A DNA stretch of 64,000 bases from Bacteroidota bacterium (GCA_036675075.1 JAKFFM010000038.1:25024-89023), one strand, 5' to 3'. Numbered from the stretch's first letter, positions 1 to 9,961 are shown. The notes: a model not told the origin generated them from the letters alone. Numbers and translations: made by a program.

Positions 1-2
1 TA

Positions 3-1748
3 AAGATCCCTCGCTGGAATTTCGACAAGTTCAAAGGCGCTGATCGCCAGCTTGGACTTCAGATGAAATCCGTTGGAGAAGTGATGGCGATAGGCCGTAC
101 ATTTCAGGAGGCACTTCAAAAGGCTTGTCAGTCGTTGGAAATCAAGCGTAATGGTTTGGGAGCTGATGGAAAAGAATTGCGTGACCAGAATGAGATTTTA
201 AAGAGCCTGCAGTATCCTTCATGGAACAGGCTGTTTCATATTTATGATGCGTTCAAGCTTGGACTTGCATTCAAAACGATACAGAAGATCACAAGGATTG
301 ATTCATGGTTCCTTGCTCAGATCGAAGAGCTTGTTGTATTTGAAAAAGAGATTGAGAAATATTCGCTTGACACCCTGCCACGTGAGCTCCTTTATTCTGC
401 AAAACAGAAAGGGTATGCCGACAGACAGATCGCGCACCTATTAAAATGTCTTGAAAGTGAAGTCTTTTCAAAACGTCGGGACCTTGGTATCAATAGAGTT
501 TATAAAATGGTGGATACCTGTGCTGCTGAATTTGAAGCCAGGACACCATACTACTATTCAACATTTGAAGATGAGAATGAATCGGTTTCATCGGACAAGA
601 AGAAAGTGATCGTCCTTGGCTCTGGTCCTAACAGGATAGGTCAAGGTATTGAATTTGATTATTCCTGCGTTCATGGAATCCTTGCAGCAAAGGAATGCGG
701 TTATGAAACGATCATGATCAACTGTAATCCGGAAACTGTATCTACTGATTTCAGTACAGCTGACAAGCTTTATTTTGAACCAGTCTTCTGGGAACATATC
801 TATGATATCATTCTGCATGAAAAACCGGTTGGCGTGATCGTGCAGCTTGGTGGACAGACAGCGCTTAAGCTGGCAGAAAAGCTCGACCGTTATGGCATCA
901 GGATCTTTGGTACAACCTACCAGTCACTAGACCTTGCCGAAGACAGGGGGAGCTTTAGCACACTGCTTAAAGAAAACAACATTCCTTATCCGAAGTTTGG
1001 CGTGATCGAAGATGCTGAACAGGCTGTGGAGCTTTCACGTGAACTGGGCTTTCCGTTGCTTGTAAGACCATCGTATGTATTGGGAGGCCAGAGCATGAAG
1101 ATCGTAATCAATGAACAGGAGCTGGAGCAGCATGTAGTCAACCTGCTGAAAGACATTCCCGGAAATAAAGTGCTACTCGATCATTTCCTGGAGCGCGCCA
1201 TAGAAGCTGAAGCGGATGCGATATGTGATGGCAGGGATGTTTACATCATCGGGGTTATGGAGCATATTGAGCCTGCTGGTATTCACTCAGGAGATTCTTA
1301 TGCTGTGCTGCCACCGTTTGATCTGTCGGAAAACGTATTGAAGCAGATCGAAGATCATACGAAAACAATTGCGCTTGCTTTAGGTACAGTAGGATTGATC
1401 AATATTCAGTTTGCCGTGAAAGATGAAGTGGTGTATGTGATTGAAGCCAATCCACGGGCATCACGAACAGTTCCGTTCATCGCCAAGGCATACGATGAAC
1501 CTTATGTGAACTATGCGACCAAGCTGATGCTTGGTGAAAAGAAAGTATCAGACTTTACATTCAACCCGAGGAAGAAAGGGTATGCGATCAAGATCCCTGT
1601 ATTCTCTTTCGATAAATTCCCTGATGTGAATAAGGAGCTTGGCCCGGAAATGAAATCCACAGGTGAAGCGATCCAGTTCATTGATGACCTGACTGATGAA
1701 TATTTCCATACCATTTACTCAGAAAGGAACCTTTACCTGAGCCGTTAA
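3..1748 (+). CDS. carB: carbamoyl-phosphate synthase large subunit, C-terminal ~580 aa (N-terminus upstream of window)
   Basis: Frame is open from base 3 (KIPRWNFDKF..QMKSVGEVMAIGRTF). It covers the oligomerisation region and then the second ATP-grasp half (KKVIVLGSGPNRIGQGIEFDY, EANPRASRTVPF, GPEMKSTGEA). Stop is TAA at 1746-1748. Confidence 0.96.
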   Translation, partial: KIPRWNFDKFKGADRQLGLQMKSVGEVMAIGRTFQEALQKACQSLEIKRNGLGADGKELRDQNEILKSLQYPSWNRLFHIYDAFKLGLAFKTIQKITRIDSWFLAQIEELVVFEKEIEKYSLDTLPRELLYSAKQKGYADRQIAHLLKCLESEVFSKRRDLGINRVYKMVDTCAAEFEARTPYYYSTFEDENESVSSDKKKVIVLGSGPNRIGQGIEFDYSCVHGILAAKECGYETIMINCNPETVSTDFSTADKLYFEPVFWEHIYDIILHEKPVGVIVQLGGQTALKLAEKLDRYGIRIFGTTYQSLDLAEDRGSFSTLLKENNIPYPKFGVIEDAEQAVELSRELGFPLLVRPSYVLGGQSMKIVINEQELEQHVVNLLKDIPGNKVLLDHFLERAIEAEADAICDGRDVYIIGVMEHIEPAGIHSGDSYAVLPPFDLSENVLKQIEDHTKTIALALGTVGLINIQFAVKDEVVYVIEANPRASRTVPFIAKAYDEPYVNYATKLMLGEKKVSDFTFNPRKKGYAIKIPVFSFDKFPDVNKELGPEMKSTGEAIQFIDDLTDEYFHTIYSERNLYLSR

Positions 1749-1999
1749 TGAAGGATTTTATTTTAACGCTTGTCGTTGTCTTTATAATTTTCAGGATCCT
1801 GAGTAGTCTGAGAAATGAAAGAATTCGCAGGGAGATGAAGAGAAAGGAAGAAGAACAGTCAGGATCAGCAGGATTTGAAAAAGATGGAACCCGTGTTGAA
1901 TTCCTGAAAAAGAAACCTGAAGAAGGCGAGTTCACCGACTACGAAATCATTGATGACAAAGACAAAAGCAAAGAGGATAAGAATAAGCCGGATGAGTAA
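1748..1999 (+). CDS. small membrane protein, DUF4834-like
   Basis: ATG overlaps the carB stop (TAATG). Has one N-terminal TM helix (FILTLVVVFIIFRIL) and a charged tail with GEFTDYEII. The family assignment is from memory of DUF4834 proteins. Confidence 0.6.
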   Translation: MKDFILTLVVVFIIFRILSSLRNERIRREMKRKEEEQSGSAGFEKDGTRVEFLKKKPEEGEFTDYEIIDDKDKSKEDKNKPDE

Positions 2000-2006
2000 G
2001 CTCTTT

Positions 2007-2055
2007 CAACTTTAAACTTTAAACTTTCAACTTTGAACTTTCAACTTTAAACTTC
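2007..2055 (+). repeat. seven tandem heptads NAACTTT
   Basis: Read directly: CAACTTT AAACTTT AAACTTT CAACTTT GAACTTT CAACTTT AAACTTC. The array starts 8 nt after the DUF4834 stop and ends 14 nt before the yfhO-like ATG. Confidence 0.95.
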
Positions 2056-2069
2056 TTCTTGTCCCTTTT

Positions 2070-4502
2070 ATGAAAAAGTACCTTCCGCATTTTATCGCAG
2101 TAATCATTTTCGCAGCGATCACCATGATTTACTTTGCGCCTCTGTTTGAAGGGAAGCAGCTCAAGCAGAGCGACGTTCTTCACTACCAGGGAATGTCAAA
2201 AGAGATTCAGGATCATCGTAAGCAATATGGCGAAGAACCTCTATGGACGAATTCCATGTTCTCAGGTATGCCGGCTTATCAGATCTCGGTACTCTATCCG
2301 AATAATCTCATTGGACATTTGAACATGTTCTTCAAGAAGATACTGCCTCCGCCTTCAACGATCATTTTTATTTCGCTTATTGGGTTCTATTTTCTTTTGG
2401 TCTCGCTGCGTGTCAGTCCGGTATTGAGTATGGCAGGAGCAATTGCCTTTAGTCTCTCATCCTATTATCCTGTGCTGATTTCTGCCGGACACAATCCGAA
2501 AGGATATGCGATGGCCTATATGGCTCCTGTTGTTGCCGGAATTCTTCTTACTTACCGCGGGAAGCTACTGCTCGGTGCATCGATTACCGCGCTTGCACTG
2601 GCTCTTGAGATCGACAGCAATCACCTTCAGATCACATACTATCTTTTCCTTCTTGTAATTTTTATTGTGGCGGGTGAGTTCGTTCGTCTGTTTAGAGCAG
2701 GACAGCTGCCATATTTTGCGAAGGCAAGCGGACTGCTTGTGATTGCAGCGATTCTTGCGGTGCTTCCTAATCTTACAAACCTTGTTCTTACCAATGAGTA
2801 TGGAAAAGACTCCACTCGGGGAAGGTCTGATCTTACCATGGATGCCCAGAATAAAACATCAGGCCTTGATAAGGATTATGCGACGCAGTGGAGCTATGGC
2901 ATCGATGAAACGTGGACACTGCTCGTTCCGAATTTTAAAGGAGGAGCTTCAGGTCGTCTCGCAGAAAATGAAAATGCGCTGAAGGGTCTCGACAATCAAT
3001 ATGCCCAGTACATAGGTAACATGAATTCCTATTTTGGTGATCAGCCTTTTACATCAGGTCCTGTTTATGTTGGAGCGATCATCTGCTTTCTTTTTGTATT
3101 AGGAATGTTCATTGTCAAAGACAGTCTGAAATGGTGGCTTTTCGGAGCTACTGTCCTGTCTATCATGCTTGCATGGGGTAAGAATTTCATGCCGCTTACG
3201 GATCTGTTCATGGATCTTGTTCCGGGCTATAACAAGTTTCGGGCGGTGTCGATGACGCTGGTAATCGCACAGTTCACCATGCCGTTGCTTGCAATACTTA
3301 CAGTGAAGGAAATCGTTGAAGAGCCTGAGATCCTGAAAGTCAAAAGAAAGCAGCTTTACCTGTCACTTGGATTTACTGCCGGACTTTGTCTCCTGTTTGC
3401 TATCGCGCCAGATCCGTTCAATACCTTCTTTTCAGCAGGTGAGCAGGCTGATGTAAGCAAGCAGCTGGTTGATGCAGGGCTTCCTCAGAATGATGTACCT
3501 GTATTCCTTTCAGGCATCGAAGAAGCACGCAAGAATGTTTTCCAGGCTGATGCAAAGAGAAGCTTCTTCTTTATTCTACTTGCTTTCGCGATGATCTTTT
3601 TCTATAGCATTAAGCGATATAACAAGACGATCCTGTTCAGCGGACTGGCATTCCTTGTGCTGGTTGACCTCTGGGCCGTAGATAAGCGTTACCTGAATAG
3701 CCAGAACTATGAGCCAAAGAAAAAAGTTCAGGGTTATGAGCCTACAGAAGCTGATCTTCAGATCCTCCAGGATAAGGATCCAAGCTATCGTGTATTTAAC
3801 CTGACAACAAGCCCGTTCCAGGATGCCAGCACCTCATTCTTCCATAAATCAATTGGAGGATATCATGGTGCGAAGCTCAAGAGATACCAGGAGCTTATCG
3901 AATATCAGATCAGCAAAAACAACATGCAGGTGCTGAATATGCTGAACACCCGATACCTTATAACACCTGGGCCGGATCAGCGTCCTGTCGTTCAGCGAAA
4001 TCCTGATGCCTTAGGCAATGCATGGTTTGTAAAGGATCTCAGGTTTGTTGCGAATGCAGATTCCGAACTCACGGCATTATCGAAATTTGATGCGTCTGAA
4101 ACCGCTATAGTGGATAAGATCTGGCAGGATCAGTTACAAGGGTTCAAGCCGGTGTATGATTCAACTGCATCCATCAAACTTGATTCATATAAAGCAAACG
4201 AGCTTGTTTATACTTCGCAGTCATCAACAGACCAGGTCGCTGTGTTCTCCGAGATCTTCTTTGATAAAGGATGGCAGGCGTATGTTGATGGACAACCTGT
4301 TCCTCATTTCCGTGCAAATTTTGTACTGCGTGCCATGAAGGTTCCGGCAGGAAAACATAAAATAGAATTCAGGTTTGAACCGGCATTCTATGAGACAGGG
4401 CAGAGCATCGCACTGATCGCAAGCATCATCCTGATTGTTTCTGTGATCGCAGGTATTGTATGGGAATACAGGAAAAAGCCAGCTGAACGGGCAAATGGAT
4501 AA
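2070..4502 (+). CDS. YfhO-family polytopic membrane protein (putative glycosyl transfer or glycan assembly)
   Basis: 810 aa with many TM helices in the N-terminal half and a C-terminal TM anchor. The N-terminal motif LWTNSMFSGMPAYQIS is typical of Bacteroidota YfhO proteins. Confidence 0.8.
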   Translation: MKKYLPHFIAVIIFAAITMIYFAPLFEGKQLKQSDVLHYQGMSKEIQDHRKQYGEEPLWTNSMFSGMPAYQISVLYPNNLIGHLNMFFKKILPPPSTIIFISLIGFYFLLVSLRVSPVLSMAGAIAFSLSSYYPVLISAGHNPKGYAMAYMAPVVAGILLTYRGKLLLGASITALALALEIDSNHLQITYYLFLLVIFIVAGEFVRLFRAGQLPYFAKASGLLVIAAILAVLPNLTNLVLTNEYGKDSTRGRSDLTMDAQNKTSGLDKDYATQWSYGIDETWTLLVPNFKGGASGRLAENENALKGLDNQYAQYIGNMNSYFGDQPFTSGPVYVGAIICFLFVLGMFIVKDSLKWWLFGATVLSIMLAWGKNFMPLTDLFMDLVPGYNKFRAVSMTLVIAQFTMPLLAILTVKEIVEEPEILKVKRKQLYLSLGFTAGLCLLFAIAPDPFNTFFSAGEQADVSKQLVDAGLPQNDVPVFLSGIEEARKNVFQADAKRSFFFILLAFAMIFFYSIKRYNKTILFSGLAFLVLVDLWAVDKRYLNSQNYEPKKKVQGYEPTEADLQILQDKDPSYRVFNLTTSPFQDASTSFFHKSIGGYHGAKLKRYQELIEYQISKNNMQVLNMLNTRYLITPGPDQRPVVQRNPDALGNAWFVKDLRFVANADSELTALSKFDASETAIVDKIWQDQLQGFKPVYDSTASIKLDSYKANELVYTSQSSTDQVAVFSEIFFDKGWQAYVDGQPVPHFRANFVLRAMKVPAGKHKIEFRFEPAFYETGQSIALIASIILIVSVIAGIVWEYRKKPAERANG

Positions 4503-5799
4503 AGTCCTTATCGTCACCTACTATTGGCCTCCGTCAGGTGGTTCAGGTGTTCAAAGGTGGCTGTACTTTTCCAGGTATCTTCCTGAATATGGTATTCAAC
4601 CATATGTCATAACTGTCGATCCATCGAAAGCATCCTATAAATTCCTTGACCCTTCGCATGATGAAAAAGTGAAGGATATTCCGGTGTATAGAACAGATAC
4701 TCTCGAACCTCTCAAGCTTTATTCAAAGATGCTCAGTGGTGACAAAACATCCGGTATTCCTCAGGGATTTGCAGGAGAGGCAAGGCCAAGTCTGTTTCAG
4801 AAGATGAGCAGGTGGGTGAGGGGTAACTTCTTTATCCCTGATGCGCGGATTGGCTGGAACAAGTTCGCATTTCGCAAAGCTGAAGAGGTGATCAGGAAGG
4901 AAGGAATTTCATTGGTCATCACGACTGGTCCTCCTCATTCGACACATTTCATCGGGAAGAAATTAAAAGAAAAATGTGGAGTAAAATGGATCGCGGATTT
5001 CAGAGATCCATGGTCTGAAGTGTATTACAACAGGCTGCTTTACAGAACATCGCTTGCCAGATATATCGATCGAAGACTTGAAAAGAATGTGCTGAACAGC
5101 TGCGACATGGTGCTCACAATTGGTCCTTCGATGAGAGAGCTATTGGCAAAGAAGGTTGTTGAAAGCATCCCGGTTGAGTTTGTTTACAATGGATTCGACA
5201 GTGATCATTTTGAAAACCTGAAGGCTCAGCGTTCTGATAAGCTTGTGATGACACACATCGGAATACTTGGAGAAAGCCAGCCGATCAGTTCACTTCTGAT
5301 AGCCTTGAAAGATCTTCTCAGCGAAGACCAAAGGCTGCATGAACTGATCGTACTGAGGTTCATTGGTAAAGTTTCTGAAGTGATCATCGATGAGGTGAAG
5401 CAAATGCTGCCATCTGTAACTCTTGAGCTTGTTCCTTACATGCCGCATAAAGAGGCGATCCAGGAAATGCTGAATGCGAACCTGCTTTTAAACAGCCTCG
5501 CTGAAACAGGAAATGAAGAGTTGCTGATTTCAGGCAAACTGATGGAATATCTGGCTTCAGGGAATCCTATATTATGTCTCGGAAGTGAAACAGGTGATGC
5601 TGCAAAGCTGCTTTCGGGATTTCCTTATTGCAGTGTTTATTCAAGAAGAAATATTCAGGGAATACGAACTTTCTTATCAGAGATCATTGAATTATATAAA
5701 GTAAATAATCTGCCGGTTCGCCATTTTTCTGATGTTTCAGTTTATTCCAGAAAAAATTCCACAAGCCGCCTGGCAGAAGTGATCCGTCGCCTTGGTTAA
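4495..5799 (+). CDS. glycosyltransferase, GT-B fold (GT4-like)
   Basis: The first ATG (MDKVLIVTYYWPPSGGSGVQRW) overlaps the yfhO-like stop by 8 nt (ATGGATAA). The ORF-track start at 4456 is a TTG. The N-terminus is GT4-like and there is a C-terminal E..K..EY..SG.P motif region. Confidence 0.8.
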   Translation: MDKVLIVTYYWPPSGGSGVQRWLYFSRYLPEYGIQPYVITVDPSKASYKFLDPSHDEKVKDIPVYRTDTLEPLKLYSKMLSGDKTSGIPQGFAGEARPSLFQKMSRWVRGNFFIPDARIGWNKFAFRKAEEVIRKEGISLVITTGPPHSTHFIGKKLKEKCGVKWIADFRDPWSEVYYNRLLYRTSLARYIDRRLEKNVLNSCDMVLTIGPSMRELLAKKVVESIPVEFVYNGFDSDHFENLKAQRSDKLVMTHIGILGESQPISSLLIALKDLLSEDQRLHELIVLRFIGKVSEVIIDEVKQMLPSVTLELVPYMPHKEAIQEMLNANLLLNSLAETGNEELLISGKLMEYLASGNPILCLGSETGDAAKLLSGFPYCSVYSRRNIQGIRTFLSEIIELYKVNNLPVRHFSDVSVYSRKNSTSRLAEVIRRLG

Positions 5800-5876
5800 T
5801 TCTACAAGGCGAATATCCATGCATTTAATAATTCATTTTTTTACCTTTCAGAAATTAATCTGAACTGTAATTAATT

Positions 5877-6770
5877 ATGAAGAAACTCTACACATTATTA
5901 TTTATGGCGCTGGTATATAATTCACAAGCGCAGGTAACTATTCATCTTAGGCCAGATGCTGCAGCGGGTAAAGATGCTATGGTTTCAAGCTTGCAGCCTG
6001 CCATGAATTTTGGTAGCTCACTGGATTTTGCATCGCTTGCATGGACAAACTTCGGGGACCCGGTGAATTTCAGAACGTATTTTCAATTCGATCTTTCTGT
6101 GATCCCTGCTGGTGCGCAGATCCAGTCTGCAACTCTCCATCTTTACAATAACCCGAATTCAACCAGTAACAACGGTGAGCATTCCAACTTAAGCGGATCG
6201 AACGAGAGCGTTATCCAGCGTGTAACAGGCGCATGGGATGAAAGCACGATCACCTGGAATAACATGCCGGCCAGCACTTCCGTGAATGAACTTACCGTTC
6301 CTCAAAGCACCTCAACCAGCCAGGATTATATGTTGAATATGACCGCACTTGTGAACGATGTGATGGCAACAGGGAATACCAACCATGGCTTTGTATTGAA
6401 ATTGAAGAACGAGAATTATTACAGATGCCTGCTGTTTGGAACAAGTGATGATGCTGATTCACTGCTCAGGCCAAAACTTTCTGTAACATACAGTCCGTTG
6501 AGTGTTAATGATCATCTTTCTGTGAACCTGTCTGTCATTCCTAACAAGGCAGGAAATGAAATCTCTTTATTGTTCGATCCTGTAAAGGCAAACAATATGA
6601 GCATTGCGGTGAATGACCTTTCAGGTAAGCAGGTGATAGTGGAAGAAACGATCAGAATGGGTGGAGCGAACAGCTATTCTGTTACAATGCCGGAAAACCT
6701 GTCTTCAGGTATTTACATTGTTTCTCTTACCACTGATTCTGGACGTGTGATCAGAAAGTTTCTCTGGTAG
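5877..6770 (+). CDS. secreted DNRLRE-domain protein with T9SS type A C-terminal sorting domain
   Basis: Signal peptide (LLFMALVYNSQAQ), motifs FQFDLSVIPAGAQIQSATLHLY and WDESTITWNNMP, and a C-terminal SGIYIVSLTTDSGRVIRKFLW sorting tail. Confidence 0.75.
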   Translation: MKKLYTLLFMALVYNSQAQVTIHLRPDAAAGKDAMVSSLQPAMNFGSSLDFASLAWTNFGDPVNFRTYFQFDLSVIPAGAQIQSATLHLYNNPNSTSNNGEHSNLSGSNESVIQRVTGAWDESTITWNNMPASTSVNELTVPQSTSTSQDYMLNMTALVNDVMATGNTNHGFVLKLKNENYYRCLLFGTSDDADSLLRPKLSVTYSPLSVNDHLSVNLSVIPNKAGNEISLLFDPVKANNMSIAVNDLSGKQVIVEETIRMGGANSYSVTMPENLSSGIYIVSLTTDSGRVIRKFLW

Positions 6771-6775
6771 AAAGC

Positions 6776-7828
6776 TTACTTTTTTCTTCCTGAAAAAATA
6801 AGGAATGGTGAGAGATGAAGCGCGAGCATTCTGTTTCTCCTGATTGCAAAATTCAATGCTGGGGTGATCAGGTTGATGAGCCTGGATGCATATTGCTCAT
6901 TATACTGTCCGTATGAGATCGTGAAGCTGAAACCATATCGGTTGAAAAGCTCTTTGTAAACACTTGTTGGAAGCAGATTTTCAGAACGATTACCTGTCAT
7001 TGGATCACAGGTGTTTCGCCTGCTTGCAGGTACCGGGATCTTTCCTGAAACAGTGTACTGACTGGTGGCTTCAATGATGTCTTCTTCGTTAAATCCGCGA
7101 GTCTTGCCTGCCAGCATGTCGATCTCTTCATCTTTCAATTGCGCGAAGTTTTCACGGATGATCTTTCGTCGTACCTCAATAAATGGGATGCCTCTGTCGG
7201 TTTCCTTTTCCCATTTGCCTTTCAGGCCTTTTTCTTCTGCCTTCTTTTGAAGATGCTCTGTATATAAAACAGTAAGCGGGTTATGGCAGTTCGCAGTGGT
7301 GGAAAAAGCGATCGCTAATTTTTCCCTGGCTGGTATCGCGCACAACTCATTCATGAATTTATCTAGATCATAAATATGCTCGATGACATTCCTTGAAACA
7401 AGCAGGTCTGCTTTTAACGAATTACTTTCAAGACTATCCTTTAAAGACGTCATGTCACCTGAATGAAACTGTGTGATCCTGAGATTCAGAATTTTAGCGA
7501 GTGTTTTAGCATCCTTTGAAGCAGGCTCGAAAATATCAGAATAGATCACTTCTTTAAATCCGGCTTCAGCAGCAAGAAAACTGATGATCCCTATTCCTCC
7601 TCCATGATCAATGATTGAGACATCATGCAGATCTTTGCCTGTTTCTTTCAAACCTTCGGTTAGGAGGTGTATGATCGATTGCAGCGCATAATCAAGCTTT
7701 CTCAGGTAATCTTTATAATACCTTCGGGTATAATCAGAAACCGGCGCAGCATCAATGGCAAGTGCCTTTAATTTTGATGAAAGTTTTTTCGCAGCTTCTG
7801 AAAGCGCTGATTCAGCTGCAGTTTTCAT
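6776..7828 (-). CDS. class I SAM-dependent methyltransferase (last gene of sugar operon)
   Basis: Motif I IIDHGGGIGIISFLAAEAGF. The ATG lies 2 nt after the upstream SIS-gene stop. Confidence 0.75.
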   Translation of the reverse strand: MKTAAESALSEAAKKLSSKLKALAIDAAPVSDYTRRYYKDYLRKLDYALQSIIHLLTEGLKETGKDLHDVSIIDHGGGIGIISFLAAEAGFKEVIYSDIFEPASKDAKTLAKILNLRITQFHSGDMTSLKDSLESNSLKADLLVSRNVIEHIYDLDKFMNELCAIPAREKLAIAFSTTANCHNPLTVLYTEHLQKKAEEKGLKGKWEKETDRGIPFIEVRRKIIRENFAQLKDEEIDMLAGKTRGFNEEDIIEATSQYTVSGKIPVPASRRNTCDPMTGNRSENLLPTSVYKELFNRYGFSFTISYGQYNEQYASRLINLITPALNFAIRRNRMLALHLSPFLIFSGRKK

Positions 7829-7830
7829 GA

Positions 7831-8445
7831 TTACAGTGGGAGATTTTTATTGAAGACATCCTTCCTGTCAACGGTATATAACTTCGTGTCAAGGATCGCA
7901 TGAATGACCAGGTTGTGAAGGATCTCCACAAATCCGTATGAATGGGAAGCAACGAAAAAGTTGATCGCTCCCTTGTCCTTCAGAGCGTTCTGTTCACTGA
8001 AACCTGAGAATGTTATAACCTTGCAACCTTTTTTTATTCCAGCATCTGCTGCATTCAGGATATTTTTAGATGAGCCTGAACTGCTGATACACATCAGGAT
8101 GTCACCCTCTGATGTAAACATTTCCACAGGCTTCGAAAACACTTCTTCAAAGCTGTAATCATTTGCAACACAAGTCAGCAACGAGGAATCGTTGAATGCG
8201 GTAGAAGGAATTCCTCCGTTTTTCCAGAAATCAACGGCCATGTGTGAAGCGATCCCCGCACTGCCGCCATTTCCTATGATAAAGATCTTCTTCCCTTTTT
8301 TGCCGGCATCATCGATCATCAGTGCAGCATCAGAAATACCTTGTTGTATTTCGGCACTGCTCCCTTTCATGAAGCATGACATGGTGTTCAGTGCTTCTGA
8401 AAAGCGATTGAAATAGCTTGTTACAAAATCAGGAGATGATGTCAT
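7831..8445 (-). CDS. SIS-domain sugar-phosphate isomerase, GmhA-like (sedoheptulose-7-P isomerase-like)
   Basis: KIFIIGNGGSAGIASHMAVDF and ISSSGSSKNIL motifs, 204 aa. ATGA overlap with the upstream gene. Confidence 0.7.
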   Translation of the reverse strand: MTSSPDFVTSYFNRFSEALNTMSCFMKGSSAEIQQGISDAALMIDDAGKKGKKIFIIGNGGSAGIASHMAVDFWKNGGIPSTAFNDSSLLTCVANDYSFEEVFSKPVEMFTSEGDILMCISSSGSSKNILNAADAGIKKGCKVITFSGFSEQNALKDKGAINFFVASHSYGFVEILHNLVIHAILDTKLYTVDRKDVFNKNLPL

Positions 8446-9959
8446 TTTAAGAAATGATTTATAAATTTTAGAAGGTCTTTTTTATACACTGGGTGTTCAT
8501 TGCCTATGATCTCAACAGCGAGTGCTCCCACACAATTTCCAATGAATGGAATCATTTCCGGATCTGCCTTCGCACAGGATAGGAGAGACGTTACACTCAA
8601 AACTGCATCACCTGCACCGACTGAATCTTTCACTGCTCCTGCAAAAGCAGGTGTCCTGTAATAGTTGCCATCGACATAGTTCAGTGATCCCTGTTGTCCA
8701 AGCGTTACCTGTATGTTCTTGCAGTGAGCGATACCTGAAAGTCTTTCAATAAGATTTTCCAGTGGCCCGAACTTATTTCCAAATGGTAGCCTGATCTCAT
8801 TCTCATCAATTGAGATGTAGTCTGCTCTCGAATATTTCGTGATATAGTTGAACCCGTAATTGTTGCTGTTGGTCTGGGCATTCACACAAAGATAAACGCC
8901 ACAGTTTTCAAGGAACTCGATGATCCCTGGTGTGATCATGCCATGTCCGAAATCTGAAATGATGACAAGATCATATTCCTTGATCCTGGTCTTTAAAGAA
9001 TCAATGATCTCTTTTTCAAGGTCCTTGTCAATGTAGCTGTCGTTCATGAAGGTCACTTCAAACAGCTTGATGTTCAGGTATCGGTCCAGGTACCTTCTTT
9101 TGGTAGGTGTAGGACCATCGTGTCTTACAAAAAACTCACGGTGAATTCCAGGTGAGAGCTTGTCTTCTATGATCTGCTGATGTGAATCTTCTTTTCCAAG
9201 GCAGGTTACCAGGTCAACTTTGCCGGCATATTGTTCAAGATGGTTTGCTATTGCGAGCACACCACCGGCATAGGTTTCACCTTTAAGGTAAACACTTGAG
9301 ATGGTAGGACTTTTCGATGATTTGCCAAGTGGCTTGCAATAATGATATTCATCAACGATCGTATCCCCGATCACAAGCACTTTCAGGTTGTTTAAGTCAT
9401 TGATGCTTTCAATTACCTGCTCTGGTGTGAACCGTGATCTGAACTCGCGAAGGAAGTCCTTCACCCGCTCATCGTGTGGACTCAGATGCGCATTGATCAG
9501 TGATGATGATGAAAATGTAATTTCTTCTGTGAAATGAATTTCTCCACCTACAGATTTCAACGCTTCCTCTTCAAGCAGAATGTTCTTTGTAAGATCTTTT
9601 GACCTGTCTTTATAATCCTGGCCTTTCACATAAACATCCGGCTTCACAAGTTTGATGGTTTCTATGGCAGTATCCCAGTTGTTCAGTGCCACATAATCTA
9701 CAGCCTGCAAAGCAGATATGGACTCAGCTCTCAGGATCTCATTGAATACCGGTCTTCCCGGGCCTTTGTTGACGAACCTGTCAGGTGTCAGCGTGACAAC
9801 AAGAACATCCCCGAGGTTTTTCGCTGCTTCAAAATGCTTGATATGTCCAGGATGCATGAGGTCAAAGCACCCGTGACACTGCACGATCTTCTTCCCCTGC
9901 TTTTTCAGGTTAGTAGTTATTTCTGAAAGCTCCTCTAGACTTACGATCTTCCTGTTCAT
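8442..9959 (-). CDS. bifunctional cytidylyltransferase-like nucleotidyltransferase (N-terminal) and PfkB sugar kinase (C-terminal); domain-swapped HldE-like
   Basis: N-terminal motifs GCFDLMHPGHIKHF, KGPGRP and VYVKGQDY. C-terminal motifs VLVIGDTIVDEY and GAGDAVLS (PfkB signature). Confidence 0.8.
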   Translation of the reverse strand: MNRKIVSLEELSEITTNLKKQGKKIVQCHGCFDLMHPGHIKHFEAAKNLGDVLVVTLTPDRFVNKGPGRPVFNEILRAESISALQAVDYVALNNWDTAIETIKLVKPDVYVKGQDYKDRSKDLTKNILLEEEALKSVGGEIHFTEEITFSSSSLINAHLSPHDERVKDFLREFRSRFTPEQVIESINDLNNLKVLVIGDTIVDEYHYCKPLGKSSKSPTISSVYLKGETYAGGVLAIANHLEQYAGKVDLVTCLGKEDSHQQIIEDKLSPGIHREFFVRHDGPTPTKRRYLDRYLNIKLFEVTFMNDSYIDKDLEKEIIDSLKTRIKEYDLVIISDFGHGMITPGIIEFLENCGVYLCVNAQTNSNNYGFNYITKYSRADYISIDENEIRLPFGNKFGPLENLIERLSGIAHCKNIQVTLGQQGSLNYVDGNYYRTPAFAGAVKDSVGAGDAVLSVTSLLSCAKADPEMIPFIGNCVGALAVEIIGNEHPVYKKDLLKFINHFLK

Positions 9960-9961
9960 AA

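Noticed and set aside
2007-2055. Heptad array as a CRISPR-like or minisatellite array.
   Set aside because: The units are 7 nt with no spacers and there are no cas genes, so it is kept only as a short tandem repeat or dispersed element.
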